Source: a virus
Lineage: Duplodnaviria > Heunggongvirae > Uroviricota > Caudoviricetes
IMG/VR virus record: IMGVR_UViG_3300028591_000102
Location: 1-24,578 of that record
DNA: 24,578 nt
Strand: one strand, 5' to 3'
Both the position numbers and the translations under genes were made by a program. This document shows positions 1 through 8,988 of this stretch, in pieces. The notes beneath the pieces are model-generated. The model made no database searches. It had not been told where the DNA came from and saw only the letters and a list, made by a program, of their open reading frames with translations. Numbering within the stretch: position 1 is the stretch's first letter; each line of letters begins with the position of its first letter.

Positions 1-850
1 AATTACTCTATATATCCTAACCAGTATAAGTTGCCAGCCAACCAGCATTTCCAAAGTTATATGTAACTGGCGCTCTGCTATAAGTACCAGAGGGTGTTAT
101 TGCAATACCACTAGTATTTGTAGTAGATGTACTAACATTTAAAGTGTCAATACTTGATGTAGTAGTAACTCCACCGCCACTAAACGTTGGCGTGGCGGTG
201 GACTGAACTTCTAAATCTATTAATAGATTTTTATCTACATATTTTCCACCAGTAGCTAATGTTATAGTCGAAACTTGACTAGTAATTGATACCGGGTCCA
301 ATTTTGACATATAACCATTATAAGTACTATTAAGTGCAACTGAATTAGAATCTTGCGCGTCAGCCGCGCCGGTATATGTGGCCAATGTACCTTGAATAAG
401 TTGACCATTACTATCATATCCATAATAACCAGTTCTCATTGAAGCAGCAATAACATTAGCACTGTTAGATAAGAAAGAACTAAACGGTATCTTTGTATTA
501 TAAACATATCCAGCACTTATATATAAATATCCGCCACTCTCTAAAGTTAATATTTCATTTAATGTAGGATAACTTTGGCTCCCAGATGTTGAAAAATTTG
601 CTAATCTAATTTGCCCTGCTTCCATCCATCCTGCTTGCCAATAGGGAGTTTCCCTATAAGTAGAATTAAATATGATAGAAGTAGATGGAACATTAATTAA
701 CACGTTAATATTTTTATCAACGAATGTATTTTGGGTAGTTAAGGAGAATCCTGAGGTTAAGTACCCAGTTGATTGGTCCGCGCTTAAAATGCTGCTATCT
801 AGTGTTAAATTAGCTGCCCACGCGCCATTCGCCGCATTAAAATTGGCCAT
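1..850 (-). CDS. Ser/Thr/Gly-rich virion (tail fibre-type) protein, 3' end runs off the window
   Basis: Track ORF 17..859 ends at TAG (17-19). With TAG=Gln the frame continues (Q-D-I-Q-S-N) past position 1. AAGGAG abuts ATG 859, so ATG 850 (MANFNAANG) is the better-spaced start. Shares TFVDKNI, GGYLxxxAGY and GxxxxGTLxTY motifs with the next gene. Confidence 0.7.
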
Positions 851-879
851 TTGTTTCATCTCCTTTTATCATAAAATTA

Positions 880-2391
880 TTAGGACATAGTATAAGCACC
901 TGCATAAGTTGGAATACTGCCAGTTACAGTTGTACCATCCTCGTCTAATGCGGTATGTCCAGCTAGAATATATTCAGCATGGCCCTTAACATCAGTTCCA
1001 TCTGGAACTAGGGTAGCAGTACTGATTTTGGTCGCTGGATAATAGCCAGCAGTTAATGTTAAATAACCGCCTTCAACTAGAACTGCGGTTGTGTTTGCGG
1101 TATAATCATTACCTGGGTCAGTAGATACTGTAGAAAGAGTACCATTGTCTACCGTGCCAACAGTTGTATTAGCTGGAATATAACCTGCGGTTGCAACCGT
1201 AGTAGAAGCCCCAGAAGTACTGAATGTTGCTTTATCTAAGGAACCAATAGTAACACTAGAAGCACTACCGTCTGCGCTATCAGAATGGAACCAACCATCA
1301 CTACCAACTGTGAATGTAGTAGGGATAGTAGTTAAATCTGAGGTTACAGGGAAAGTATGGTCATTAGATTCTACACCAACTGCCATATGCTCACTAGTAA
1401 CAGTGCCAATAGCAACAGTGGAAGTTCCGCTTGCTTCGGTAACTGGAATATAAGTATCTGCAGAAGCATTAATGGTTACTGTAGTATCGGTAGAAGTATC
1501 AGTATCATAGATTGTAGGTGTACCATAACCAGCAGATTCAACCGTACCAGTAGAAGTAACTGTTGCGCTGCTTGCGGCAGACTTAACTTTTACATAAACA
1601 CCAGAGCTTGGAGCAGTTGTAACAGCCGCGCCCGCTGCGGCATCAGTAACACCACTAATGCTAATAGCATCCTTGCTAATTGCTGGAGTAACTGTACCAG
1701 AAGCACTTGCACTCACACCAATTGTAATTTTATCTAATACTTTAATTCCACTAATAGCGCCGGCATTTTTAGTACCAACAGTATCGCCGATGAAACCTTC
1801 TGTAACAACAGTTGGAGCAGCGATAATACCAGAAGCGCCAATAGTGAACTTACCTTCATTATCACCGCTATCTTGATATGTTGGATTACCTAATGTTGCA
1901 GTAGCATTTGGAGAACTTACTTCGCCAGCAGGGCCATCTTCGGCTTTTCCAATAATAATGGTTCTTGCACCATTATAACCTGCTGTAATATTAATTGTTT
2001 GTGTGTCATAATCAGGATTGATCGTAGAACCACTTGCTACGGTATTAGTACCATCATTCATAGTGGACTGTGCGATCTTACCAACAACGACACCAGTGTC
2101 ACTTACGTTTGCTGCAGAAGCTGGTGCCCAACCTGCAGTAGCGGGTGTGACAGTACCAGCAATAGTAGCGGTTAATGGATATTTTCCTTCGCTTGCGGTA
2201 CCAACCGTAACATCATCATTATTATCAGTAATAGCAAGGTCCATTGCACCAACCGCGGGAGTTGTGATTTTAATTGCAATATTCTTATCAACGAACGTAT
2301 TTTCAGTTGATAAAATACCAGTTACATCGCCAGAGTTTTCAATAGTTTTTTCAAACGCAAACGCGCTATTTTTTACTTCCATATCAGGCAT
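880..2391 (-). CDS. Thr/Gly/Ala-rich beta-strand virion protein (tail fibre-like), 503 aa
   Basis: Long open frame ending in TAA. GAGGTG RBS precedes ATG 2391 (MPDMEVK). Recurrent AGY/AGW/EGF turn motifs and a C-terminal ILAGHTAxxxxGxxVTG segment typical of phage fibre proteins. Confidence 0.7.
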   Translation of the reverse strand: MPDMEVKNSAFAFEKTIENSGDVTGILSTENTFVDKNIAIKITTPAVGAMDLAITDNNDDVTVGTASEGKYPLTATIAGTVTPATAGWAPASAANVSDTGVVVGKIAQSTMNDGTNTVASGSTINPDYDTQTINITAGYNGARTIIIGKAEDGPAGEVSSPNATATLGNPTYQDSGDNEGKFTIGASGIIAAPTVVTEGFIGDTVGTKNAGAISGIKVLDKITIGVSASASGTVTPAISKDAISISGVTDAAAGAAVTTAPSSGVYVKVKSAASSATVTSTGTVESAGYGTPTIYDTDTSTDTTVTINASADTYIPVTEASGTSTVAIGTVTSEHMAVGVESNDHTFPVTSDLTTIPTTFTVGSDGWFHSDSADGSASSVTIGSLDKATFSTSGASTTVATAGYIPANTTVGTVDNGTLSTVSTDPGNDYTANTTAVLVEGGYLTLTAGYYPATKISTATLVPDGTDVKGHAEYILAGHTALDEDGTTVTGSIPTYAGAYTMS

Positions 2392-2406
2392 AATAGTCAC
2401 CTCTGA

Positions 2407-2739
2407 TTAAATTATTGTGCCAGTATAAACTGGGACGGTTACATCTTCTGTTCCATCAAAAACATAAGCATTATTAGCGCCAAAAGTTAGTGTATGCTGT
2501 AAAGAGTTGGCACTAATGCTATTTACGTCTACTCCTCCTACAGTACTAGCATCTATAAAGGGTAGATTGACAACGGTGGTTAGACCATCGCCAATCTTAA
2601 TCCTTGAATATGTATGCGTCGAATCAGGAGAGTAGACAATTAATTCGCCTAAAAGAGGAACGAATGATGAATGAGCGTTCCAATTAGTTTCAGAGTCAAT
2701 CTTTAACTAAACACGCGAAAGAATAGTATTAGCACTCAT
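2407..2739 (-). CDS. Small tail protein with Mtd/hyaluronidase N-terminal-like domain (110 aa; TAG=Gln at codon 11)
   Basis: Absent from the track. GGAGGAG RBS; MSANTILSRV[TAG]LKIDSETNW...PLLGELIVY...RIKIGDG...LPF; ends in TAA at 2407-2409. Confidence 0.8.
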
Positions 2740-2760
2740 TTTCATCTCCTCCCATTATAC

Positions 2761-4230
2761 TTAAATTACTGTAGATGCTGTTCCACAATTGAGTACTAAG
2801 ATAGTTCCAGAAGTCTGGTCTAAATCAGCAATGTCTCCAGTTTTTGCGATACGAGCGAACTCTAATTTCTTTGTAGTTGAATCAATTGTAATATCTTCAT
2901 ATCCGGTACCAGCAGCATCGGCCACACGAGCGCCCTTAACAGTACCAATGTTTGTTAGGTCAATTGTTAATTCAACATTCTTATTAGCATCAACAGTTTG
3001 TTCTACACCATTTAAAGTAATGGATTCGATTGTATTAACTTGTGCTCCGGCCGCGATACCACTTAATTTAGTACCTTCGGCTTCTGTCATTAGGCGGTCA
3101 GTGCCGTTTTGCGCAACGTATGTACTTGCTGCAGTAGTACTATCTAATTTTCCATTGATTTCAGTTTGTAAAGCTGAAACTAAATCTTGCTTACGGATAC
3201 TACCTTTAACAGCGTAGTCTCCTTCGGTGCCCAATTCTTGCCAGTTTGAACCATTATAAATCCATTCTGTATTACCATAGATAACAACATCACCAGAAAC
3301 TGGATTAATATAACTCTTACCGGTAATGGTTGGAGCGCCAGAGAAAGAAGAACTCATTGCATCTGTAGTAAAACCAATGAAATGCATTGCGCCAGCGATT
3401 CCTTCAACCGCGCTGTCTACGTAATCTTTAATCGCTCCGGCAGTAACTAATGCATCATCATCATTAATAGATATCTGAACTTCTTTTGTTGTGGGAGTAT
3501 TTGTTCCATTACCGACTATAACATGTCCCACAGGAATAGTATTTAAGCCAGTACCACCTCGTGAAACTCCTAAAGTTCCACTAGTAATATCATCTGCTCC
3601 GATAAAATCTCTAGAAACATTAATTGTACCATTATTTTGTGATACTGCGGTTACAAATTTATGACTGATTGCGCTATCATTGACACTTAAACTAGCCAAT
3701 CTTTGAGTAACAGTATTATAGATTTGATCATATAATGATGTTTCAATATCAGCCCATTCTTCTAATTCACCTAAACGAGTGTCCATACTTTGTAAATTAA
3801 TTGTATAAGTAGTATCACGGGTCCAAGTGTCTTCATCTGTTGCTTTAGACTCTAAATAATAAGTATTTAAATCATTTGTGGTCGTACCTTTAACAATACG
3901 ATACTCTTTTCCTCCATTACCGAGGTAAGATTGAACATATGTATCTAGTCCGCCAATTTCATTTGCGTTATAAGATGGTTTCGTTGAAGCTTTTGCCCAA
4001 TTATAAACATCTCCCGCGACCGCTTGAATCCAAGGAAGCTGCGAGAAAGTTTTTAAACCATCGCCAACTTTAATACCAATTGCTGGTGGGGTTAAGCCAC
4101 TATCAGAAGCACTATTTGGTACTTCAGCAATGGCAACTTCGCCCTTCTTTAAAATAAACGAACTTTGGTTCCAATTACTTAAAGTATCATATTTTAACTA
4201 AATACGACCTAAAATTGTGTTCTCAGCCAT
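2761..4230 (-). CDS. Tail fibre-like protein with Mtd/hyaluronidase N-terminal-like domain (489 aa; TAG=Gln at codon 11)
   Basis: GGAGG RBS; MAENTILGRI[TAG]LKYDTLSNW...LKKGEVAI...IKVGDG...LPW, open in frame into track ORF 2761..3786. Fibre motifs GTLGVSRGGTG, AIKDYVD, KLSGIAAGAQVN. TAA stop. Confidence 0.85.
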
Positions 4231-4245
4231 TTTTCATTCCTCCTA

Positions 4246-4902
4246 TTACGTGGCATTCCCACTATAAATTGTAAAGCTATCTCCATCTGGAACATATAAA
4301 GTTGAGGTGGATACACGATTAATAGTCATGAATCCATTTTGAGAAACACTAATATCAGCAGAAGAGCGAACACCGCCCAATTCTGAAGCCGTGGCCGGCA
4401 TTAATGTCATACCCCCACCTATCTTTTCCAAATGATTATCAATTAACATATATTCTTTATATATGTTATTTTCTTTAATTAAATAAATTGTATTTTCATC
4501 AGCATCTTCATCTGCTGGTAAGGTATTTACAACCTTTCTTTTTAATACTCCAATTGTTGCAATTGCATTATCAACATATTGTTTATTAGCGATTTCCTCT
4601 GGAAGAGTTGGATTATTTGTAATAAATAATTGTTCAATAGTATCACCAGATTTGATAAATGAATTAAGTAACGATTCAAATGCATCATTAAATGTAATTT
4701 CATCATCTTTATAATCAAAATATTTGGCATCTAATTTATTTAAATAGCGCAAATTATTCCATCTTGTTTGTCCATCGCCAATTTTTAATAGTAAAGTATC
4801 AGTTTCTAAGCCGTATTCGCCAGACATTAATATTGGATTATATTCTTTCCAAGTATTTGCACTATCACGACGAATCTAAATCCTATCTTTTACATTAGCC
4901 AT
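4246..4902 (-). CDS. Tail protein with Mtd/hyaluronidase N-terminal-like domain (218 aa; TAG=Gln at codon 9)
   Basis: MANVKDRI[TAG]IRRDSANTW..NPILMSGEYGLETDTLLLKIGDG...L.Y, in frame with track ORF 4246..4827. Also carries ANKQYVD and PATASELGGV fibre motifs. The start overlaps the end of the upstream gene. Confidence 0.85.
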
Positions 4903-5179
4903 CTGCCGCACCCCCACCATCAACACTGATGCCTTCCATTATATCGGCGGAAATTGGCACATATCCATTCTCTTCGCCGTCCCAACAATATAGTGTATTA
5001 TTATCTCTATTAAAATATAATACATTATATTTACCAACACTTGGAAAATCTTTTATATTATTAAATATAAGTTTTCCTATAGTTCCTGAATTGAAATCTC
5101 CACAACAACCATTGCCAGGAATTGGAATTGGGGGTAGGGATTCATAAATTAAATCACGAGTTCGTGTACGCTGTGACAT
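4895..5179 (-). CDS. Small hypothetical phage structural protein (94 aa)
   Basis: Tightly coupled to both neighbours. FPxxGxxNxLYxxxxxNxLYxWDG motif seen in phage tail proteins. TAA stop. Confidence 0.7.
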   Translation of the reverse strand: MSQRTRTRDLIYESLPPIPIPGNGCCGDFNSGTIGKLIFNNIKDFPSVGKYNVLYFNRDNNTLYCWDGEENGYVPISADIMEGISVDGGGAADG

Positions 5180-5180
5180 C

Positions 5181-5537
5181 TTAAACCACCCCTGTTACTA
5201 TAAACTTTGGTAATTTATTGAAAGAGCCATAGTATGAATCTACCACCGAGCCGGTAAGTGGAAAATCATCCTCATCTAATAGCGGATTATGATAAATTTT
5301 AACATCCCAGTAATAGGTTCGAGGCTCTAATTCACTAGTATCTTGACTTTCAAAAGAGAAAGATAACATATCTTCTACAGCAGGAGTGGCTTTTTCTATA
5401 ATTTTTTGTTTATAAAGTTTATCATAGACTGTTAATACCGCTACTGCATTAGTACATCCTGCCGCGATATTTGGTAGGATCAGCATTCCAGTATCGCCCT
5501 TATTTATCATGATACGTTTACCAATGAGTCGTAACAT
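5181..5537 (-). CDS. BppU-N-like (Ig-type) baseplate/tail adaptor protein (118 aa)
   Basis: GGAGGGG RBS. IxIxKGDT...FxSQDTxxLxxxTYYWDVKI pattern typical of baseplate upper protein N-terminal-like domains. Confidence 0.6.
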   Translation of the reverse strand: MLRLIGKRIMINKGDTGMLILPNIAAGCTNAVAVLTVYDKLYKQKIIEKATPAVEDMLSFSFESQDTSELEPRTYYWDVKIYHNPLLDEDDFPLTGSVVDSYYGSFNKLPKFIVTGVV

Positions 5538-5548
5538 AATACCCCTCC

Positions 5549-6106
5549 TTAAAAAATATTTTTTATTTTCTTTTTATATTTATTACATAATTTAGATTGC
5601 CATTCCATAATAGTTGGCATATCATAATTTATTGCTTCTAGTTCAATTAATTTTTTATGTGCATCAGATAGCTCTTTTGACACATTTTTAATATATTTTT
5701 CTAGTTCTAGCGCGGCTGATATCTCGCTAATATTTGTAAGTTCAAAATACATAGACTAATACAATTTCTTTGTACTTTCTTCCCAATTAATCCATTTTAT
5801 TATAATATCTTTTATCGCGGAGCGTCTAGTATTAATATCAACATCTTGTGACGTATATTTAAACCAAGTAGTAGGAATTATTTCCTACTATGGAATATTT
5901 TCAATTTGTAGTAATTTAAAATAATGTGTATGATAATAATGTAATAAATCATTACACCCTTTTTCTTCTTCAAAATAATGATATATATGACATTTATTAT
6001 AGCCATATAATCCTAAAAAATCGTATGCTTTAGCTAATTCGTTATGAAATCTAGTCCCTTCGACCATGTGGCCAATTATTTTTATAAATATTTCTTCAAT
6101 AGTCAT
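5549..6106 (-). CDS. Ferritin-like four-helix-bundle protein (185 aa; 3 TAG=Gln)
   Basis: Track ORFs 5888..6106 and 5549..5752 are in the same frame, separated only by TAG TAG (5885-5890) and TAG (5756-5758). Helical, with HxxEG..FH, HxxHxxEE and WxxWEExTKxLY metal-ligand-like spacing. Confidence 0.7.
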
Positions 6107-6110
6107 ATAT

Positions 6111-6143
6111 AAAAATCTTCTAGGCGTATAAACGCCTAGAAGA
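6111..6143 (-). terminator. Intrinsic terminator
   Basis: 12-bp perfect stem TCTTCTAGGCGT/ACGCCTAGAAGA (6116-6127/6132-6143), followed by T5 on the minus strand, just after the stop at 6150. Confidence 0.75.
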
Positions 6144-6149
6144 TACCTA

Positions 6150-6563
6150 TTAATGAATCTTAGTTATTACAACATTAATGTGTGCATCGCTTACAGCGGT
6201 ATCACCATTAATAAATTGTAATATTGTTGGACTAGTTAAACAATTACAATTACAATTGTTTTGCATTACTCTAACGAATGTTTTAAAGCTAAAGTTATCC
6301 GATGCGGTAACGGCTGTACCAGTAAAACCGGTAATAGCTTGTGGTTGTAAAACTCCATTAACTTGAAGCTAGACTGTAACATCAGTAGCCGCATCCGGAG
6401 TGGCAAAGCCATCCATTTCTACTAAATATACACCCTATTTATTTAATTGAATTGTCGCTGGCGCACTAAGAGTTTCGCCGCAGCCCTTATCCATTACAAT
6501 ATTATTAAAAGGGAAAGCTGCACCCGCGGCAACTTCTAAATTAGAAGAATAAACTTGTAGCAT
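6150..6563 (-). CDS. Beta-sandwich protein, BclA C-terminal/C1q-like (137 aa; 2 TAG=Gln)
   Basis: Absent from the track. GGAGGG RBS; MLQVYSSNLEVAAGAAFPFNN...IQLNK[TAG]GVYLVEMDG...VTV[TAG]LQVNGVLQP...CNCNC...NVVITKIH; TAA. Fold call is by pattern only. Confidence 0.7.
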
Positions 6564-6585
6564 ATTAATTCCCTCCTGCATAAAT

Positions 6586-6612
6586 AAAAAGAGGGGCGCA
6601 TTAAGCGCCCCT
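6586..6612 (-). terminator. Intrinsic terminator-like hairpin
   Basis: Stem AGGGGCGC/GCGCCCCT (6592-6599/6605-6612), with a T-run downstream on the minus strand. Confidence 0.65.
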
Positions 6613-6644
6613 TAATATGTTATGATGCACTTAATACATTCTGA

Positions 6645-7283
6645 TTACATATTACATCCACCGCAGAAAGGTGATGCACCAGCATTATAAGTTAATCCAC
6701 TTGGATACCTTACCACACCAGCAAGTTGATTTTGTAATTCAAGATAATTAATACGATTTTGCATGGCTTCCATTTTATCCTGCATCATCATATCTTTAAC
6801 ACTTTGAATCTGTGCTGTAAAGTTTGCATTTGTGGCGGCATCACGCATTGCTGCGTCATAGTTATTCTACATTAACTGACGAACAACTCCACCAAAACAT
6901 TCATTCTAATTAGCTAATAAGCCCGCTTGTCCAACAGCTAGACTTGCGACATCTCTCTGTAACTCGCCATACTTATCGCCAACATAATTAACTACATCGT
7001 GATATACCTGATTAGTTGCTTGCATACCTGTCATAGAGGCAGTATTTACTGCAGCTAAAATATCGCGAGTTTGTGCTTGTAGATTTTGTGTGTCAAAACC
7101 ATTTTGAACTTGATCTCGGGTAGCATATTGTTCATAACCACGGCCATTACCGCCCCAGTTAAAACCGCCGCCCATCATTGCTAAGATAGCGAAAAGCCAA
7201 ATCATTCCGCCCCAGCCGTTTCCACCCATGCCGCCATCATTTAATAAGGCAACATCAGAAGCTGATAAACCATTTTCTCCCAT
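6645..7283 (-). CDS. Gly-rich single-TM plus coiled-coil hypothetical phage protein (212 aa; 2 TAG=Gln)
   Basis: Track ORFs 6906..7283 and 6645..6848 join in frame through TAG 6906-6908 and 6867-6869. AGGAGG RBS. GGMGGNGWGG, then hydrophobic IWLFAILAMM, then GGGFNWGG; Gln/Asn-rich helix; Cys-containing tail. Confidence 0.85.
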
Positions 7284-7311
7284 ATTCGATTCCTCCTAAA
7301 ATTGAGAAATA

Positions 7312-7344
7312 TTTGAGGATAATAATTGCGCGCATCTCCTCAAA
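7312..7344 (-). promoter_or_regulatory. 5' leader hairpin with palindromic loop (TGCGCGCA)
   Basis: TTTGAGGA/TCCTCAAA stem (7312-7319/7337-7344) enclosing the self-complementary 8-mer at 7327-7334, about 15 nt upstream of the RBS of the 7283 gene. Confidence 0.45.
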
Positions 7345-7393
7345 AATGAGTAGGAAGATTATTGATTATATAAGATAAATTATTTTAATGAGT

Positions 7394-7433
7394 AAAAAAA
7401 AATAAGTGCCGAAATTAATCGGCACTTATTTTT
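7394..7433. terminator. Strong, possibly bidirectional intrinsic terminator
   Basis: 15-bp inverted repeat AAAAATAAGTGCCGA/TCGGCACTTATTTTT (7398-7412/7419-7433), with T9 on the minus strand. Confidence 0.85.
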
Positions 7434-7507
7434 GCACGTACTATAGTTGTAGCGCATCGTTCAACCACCGTCTTTCACTCAATGGTTCATTTTCACCACC
7501 AACTATA
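7394..7507 (-). ncRNA. Candidate structured small RNA (about 110 nt)
   Basis: Lies between a perfect sigma-A promoter and a terminator. Folds into a rod with outer stem 7501-7507/7442-7448 (extendable with G-U pairs) and inner stem 7480-7487/7463-7470. Confidence 0.55.
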
Positions 7508-7512
7508 ATAGT

Positions 7513-7541
7513 ATTATAACATGAAATTAGAAAGTTGTCAA
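7513..7541 (-). promoter_or_regulatory. Sigma-70/sigma-A consensus promoter
   Basis: TTGACA (7541-7536), 17 nt, TATAAT (7518-7513), with extended -10 TGn. Confidence 0.85.
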
Positions 7542-7549
7542 ATAATAAA

Positions 7550-7840
7550 TCATTTTCCCAACTAACTAATTAACCAATTTAAATCTACCCCATTTGCGCG
7601 CGCCATCTGTCCAGCGAGGGTCTAAAGATTTCCTGCTTGAACTAGTTTGGAAAGTTGTGGATTTTGCTAAATCAATGTTGAAAATACTAATTGCGGATTT
7701 TGACTCGTCTAAATCATTTTCATAAGTTGACGAGTATCCTCAATTGATTGCTCAAGTTGTTGCGACGGTATCTGTTGCTATTGATGCTGTTGTCGTGGCA
7801 TTATTGGTTCGTTTCGCATTTGACTTATTAGACTTGGCAT
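7550..7840 (-). CDS. Gln-rich small helical protein with QNPQ repeats (96 aa; 5 TAG=Gln)
   Basis: Absent from the track. GGAGGAG RBS; MPSLISQMR...RQQHQ[TAG]QQIP...MI[TAG]TSQNPQ...LI[TAG]QNPQL...MARANGVDL; TGA stop. Confidence 0.8.
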
Positions 7841-8177
7841 TTATCCACTCCTCCACAGCTGTTAATCGTGCAGCTAAATCGTTAGTATCTATTGGCGCTG
7901 GTTTGACACGAGGTTTTATATCAAAATCCTATACCATGCGATTTCCCATATTATCTGTTCTAATCCACCAAATAATATCTTCATTTGCATCTGGTAAGTA
8001 TATCTCACTATTTGATCCCATTGGGAATTGCCAAGCTGCATTCTCTCCATGAATTGGCTCTGCCCTATATATAGGCAGGGGTTGATTAAATACCCGAGGC
8101 TATATATAATTATATGGGCTGAACTATGCTTGGCCCGTTGTCATATTATTCTATTGTGGTTGATTCCAACTATTCAT
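7752..8177 (-). CDS. Hypothetical phage protein (141 aa; 4 TAG=Gln)
   Basis: Absent from the track. GGAGG RBS; N/Q/P-rich N-terminus, then IHGENAAWQFPMGSNSEIYLPD...IWWIRTDNMG and a C-terminal helix LAARLTAVEEWI; TGA stop. Overlaps the downstream gene by 89 nt. Confidence 0.75.
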
Positions 8178-8322
8178 CTGTCGGTTCCTCCCCATACTTC
8201 CTGCCGCATTTTGGGCAATATTCACATTCTCTTAAATTATTTGCCGCATCAAAGAAATAAAGAATTTCTTTTTCCTGTTTTTTCTTAGCGTCCCAACAAT
8301 AAAAACATCCAAATTCTTCCAT
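8146..8322 (-). CDS. Small zinc-ribbon protein (58 aa with TAG=Gln)
   Basis: GAGG RBS; CFYC...CEYCPKCGRK. TAG at 8170-8172, then TAA at 8146-8148. Confidence 0.65.
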
Positions 8323-8330
8323 AATTTGCC

Positions 8331-8606
8331 TCACTTTATGATATTTTCAATTAACTTTAAAGTTTCCTATAAAGAATTGTAGATTTTTTGTAAGTCATTT
8401 CGCGTAATTTCTTTTTTAAGACTTACAACTAAAAATTTATTCATAACATAACCGGTTTGACCAGCATAAGTTACTTTAGACCAATTAGCATCTAATTGAG
8501 AAGTTTCCAACTATGTTCCATAAGGTATTCGCGCCAGAACCTTCCCGTTTGGGGAAGGCTCCGCGCGCAAGTTTAATGTACCTTTATTATCCGTTCTAAC
8601 ATACAT
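8331..8606 (-). CDS. Stand-alone bacterial SH3b-domain protein with C-terminal helix (91 aa; 2 TAG=Gln)
   Basis: GGAGG RBS and TAATG coupling to the holin; LNLRAEPSPNGKVLARIPYGT[TAG]L...WSKVTYAGQTGYVMNKFL; TGA stop. Confidence 0.85.
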
Positions 8607-8965
8607 TATTCTGGTTTTACCTCCTGAGCTGGAACCGCTACAGTAATAGCGGGTTCAGTTGCGGCTTTATCAAGCCCTAGTTTTTGTACCTAAGACTCAA
8701 TTGCAGCACGAATAACATCTTCATCAAAAGTTAAACCCTTTTTACCAAGTAAAGATGTTGCTAAGCTCATAGCATACTCTAACTTGTCCTTACCCATTTT
8801 TGCGCCGAAGATTTTCTCTGCGGCGTAAACAACAGTCTACGCAATACCAACCAAGATACTGATTTGCTCTGCTGTCATGTGAGTTTTAAGATAAGGTACT
8901 ACAAATAGACCAACAATACCGCCAATTAAAATAATGATGCCAAGTAAAATTTGAGTAATATTCAT
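8606..8965 (-). CDS. Phage holin, LL-H-like (119 aa; 2 TAG=Gln)
   Basis: AAGGAGGT RBS. N-terminal TM (ILLGIIILIGGIVGLFVVPYLK), then VYAAEKIFG..MGKDKLEYA and IRAAIES[TAG]V, typical of LL-H-family holins. Adjacent to the endolysin. Confidence 0.8.
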
Positions 8966-8988
8966 AAATATTACCTCCTTTTTCTTTT

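Noticed and set aside
6238-6258. Short tandem repeat (CAATTA)n
   Set aside because: It simply encodes Asn-Cys-Asn-Cys-Asn-Cys in the 6150-6563 gene.
7435-7512. Suppressor tRNA (CUA anticodon) in the largest intergenic gap
   Set aside because: No cloverleaf, no GTTCRA T-loop and no CUA anticodon loop. It folds as a rod instead.
8388-8428. Inverted repeat TTGTAAGTC/GACTTACAA as an operator
   Set aside because: It lies within the recoded SH3b CDS, and a 9-bp AT-rich match is plausible by chance.
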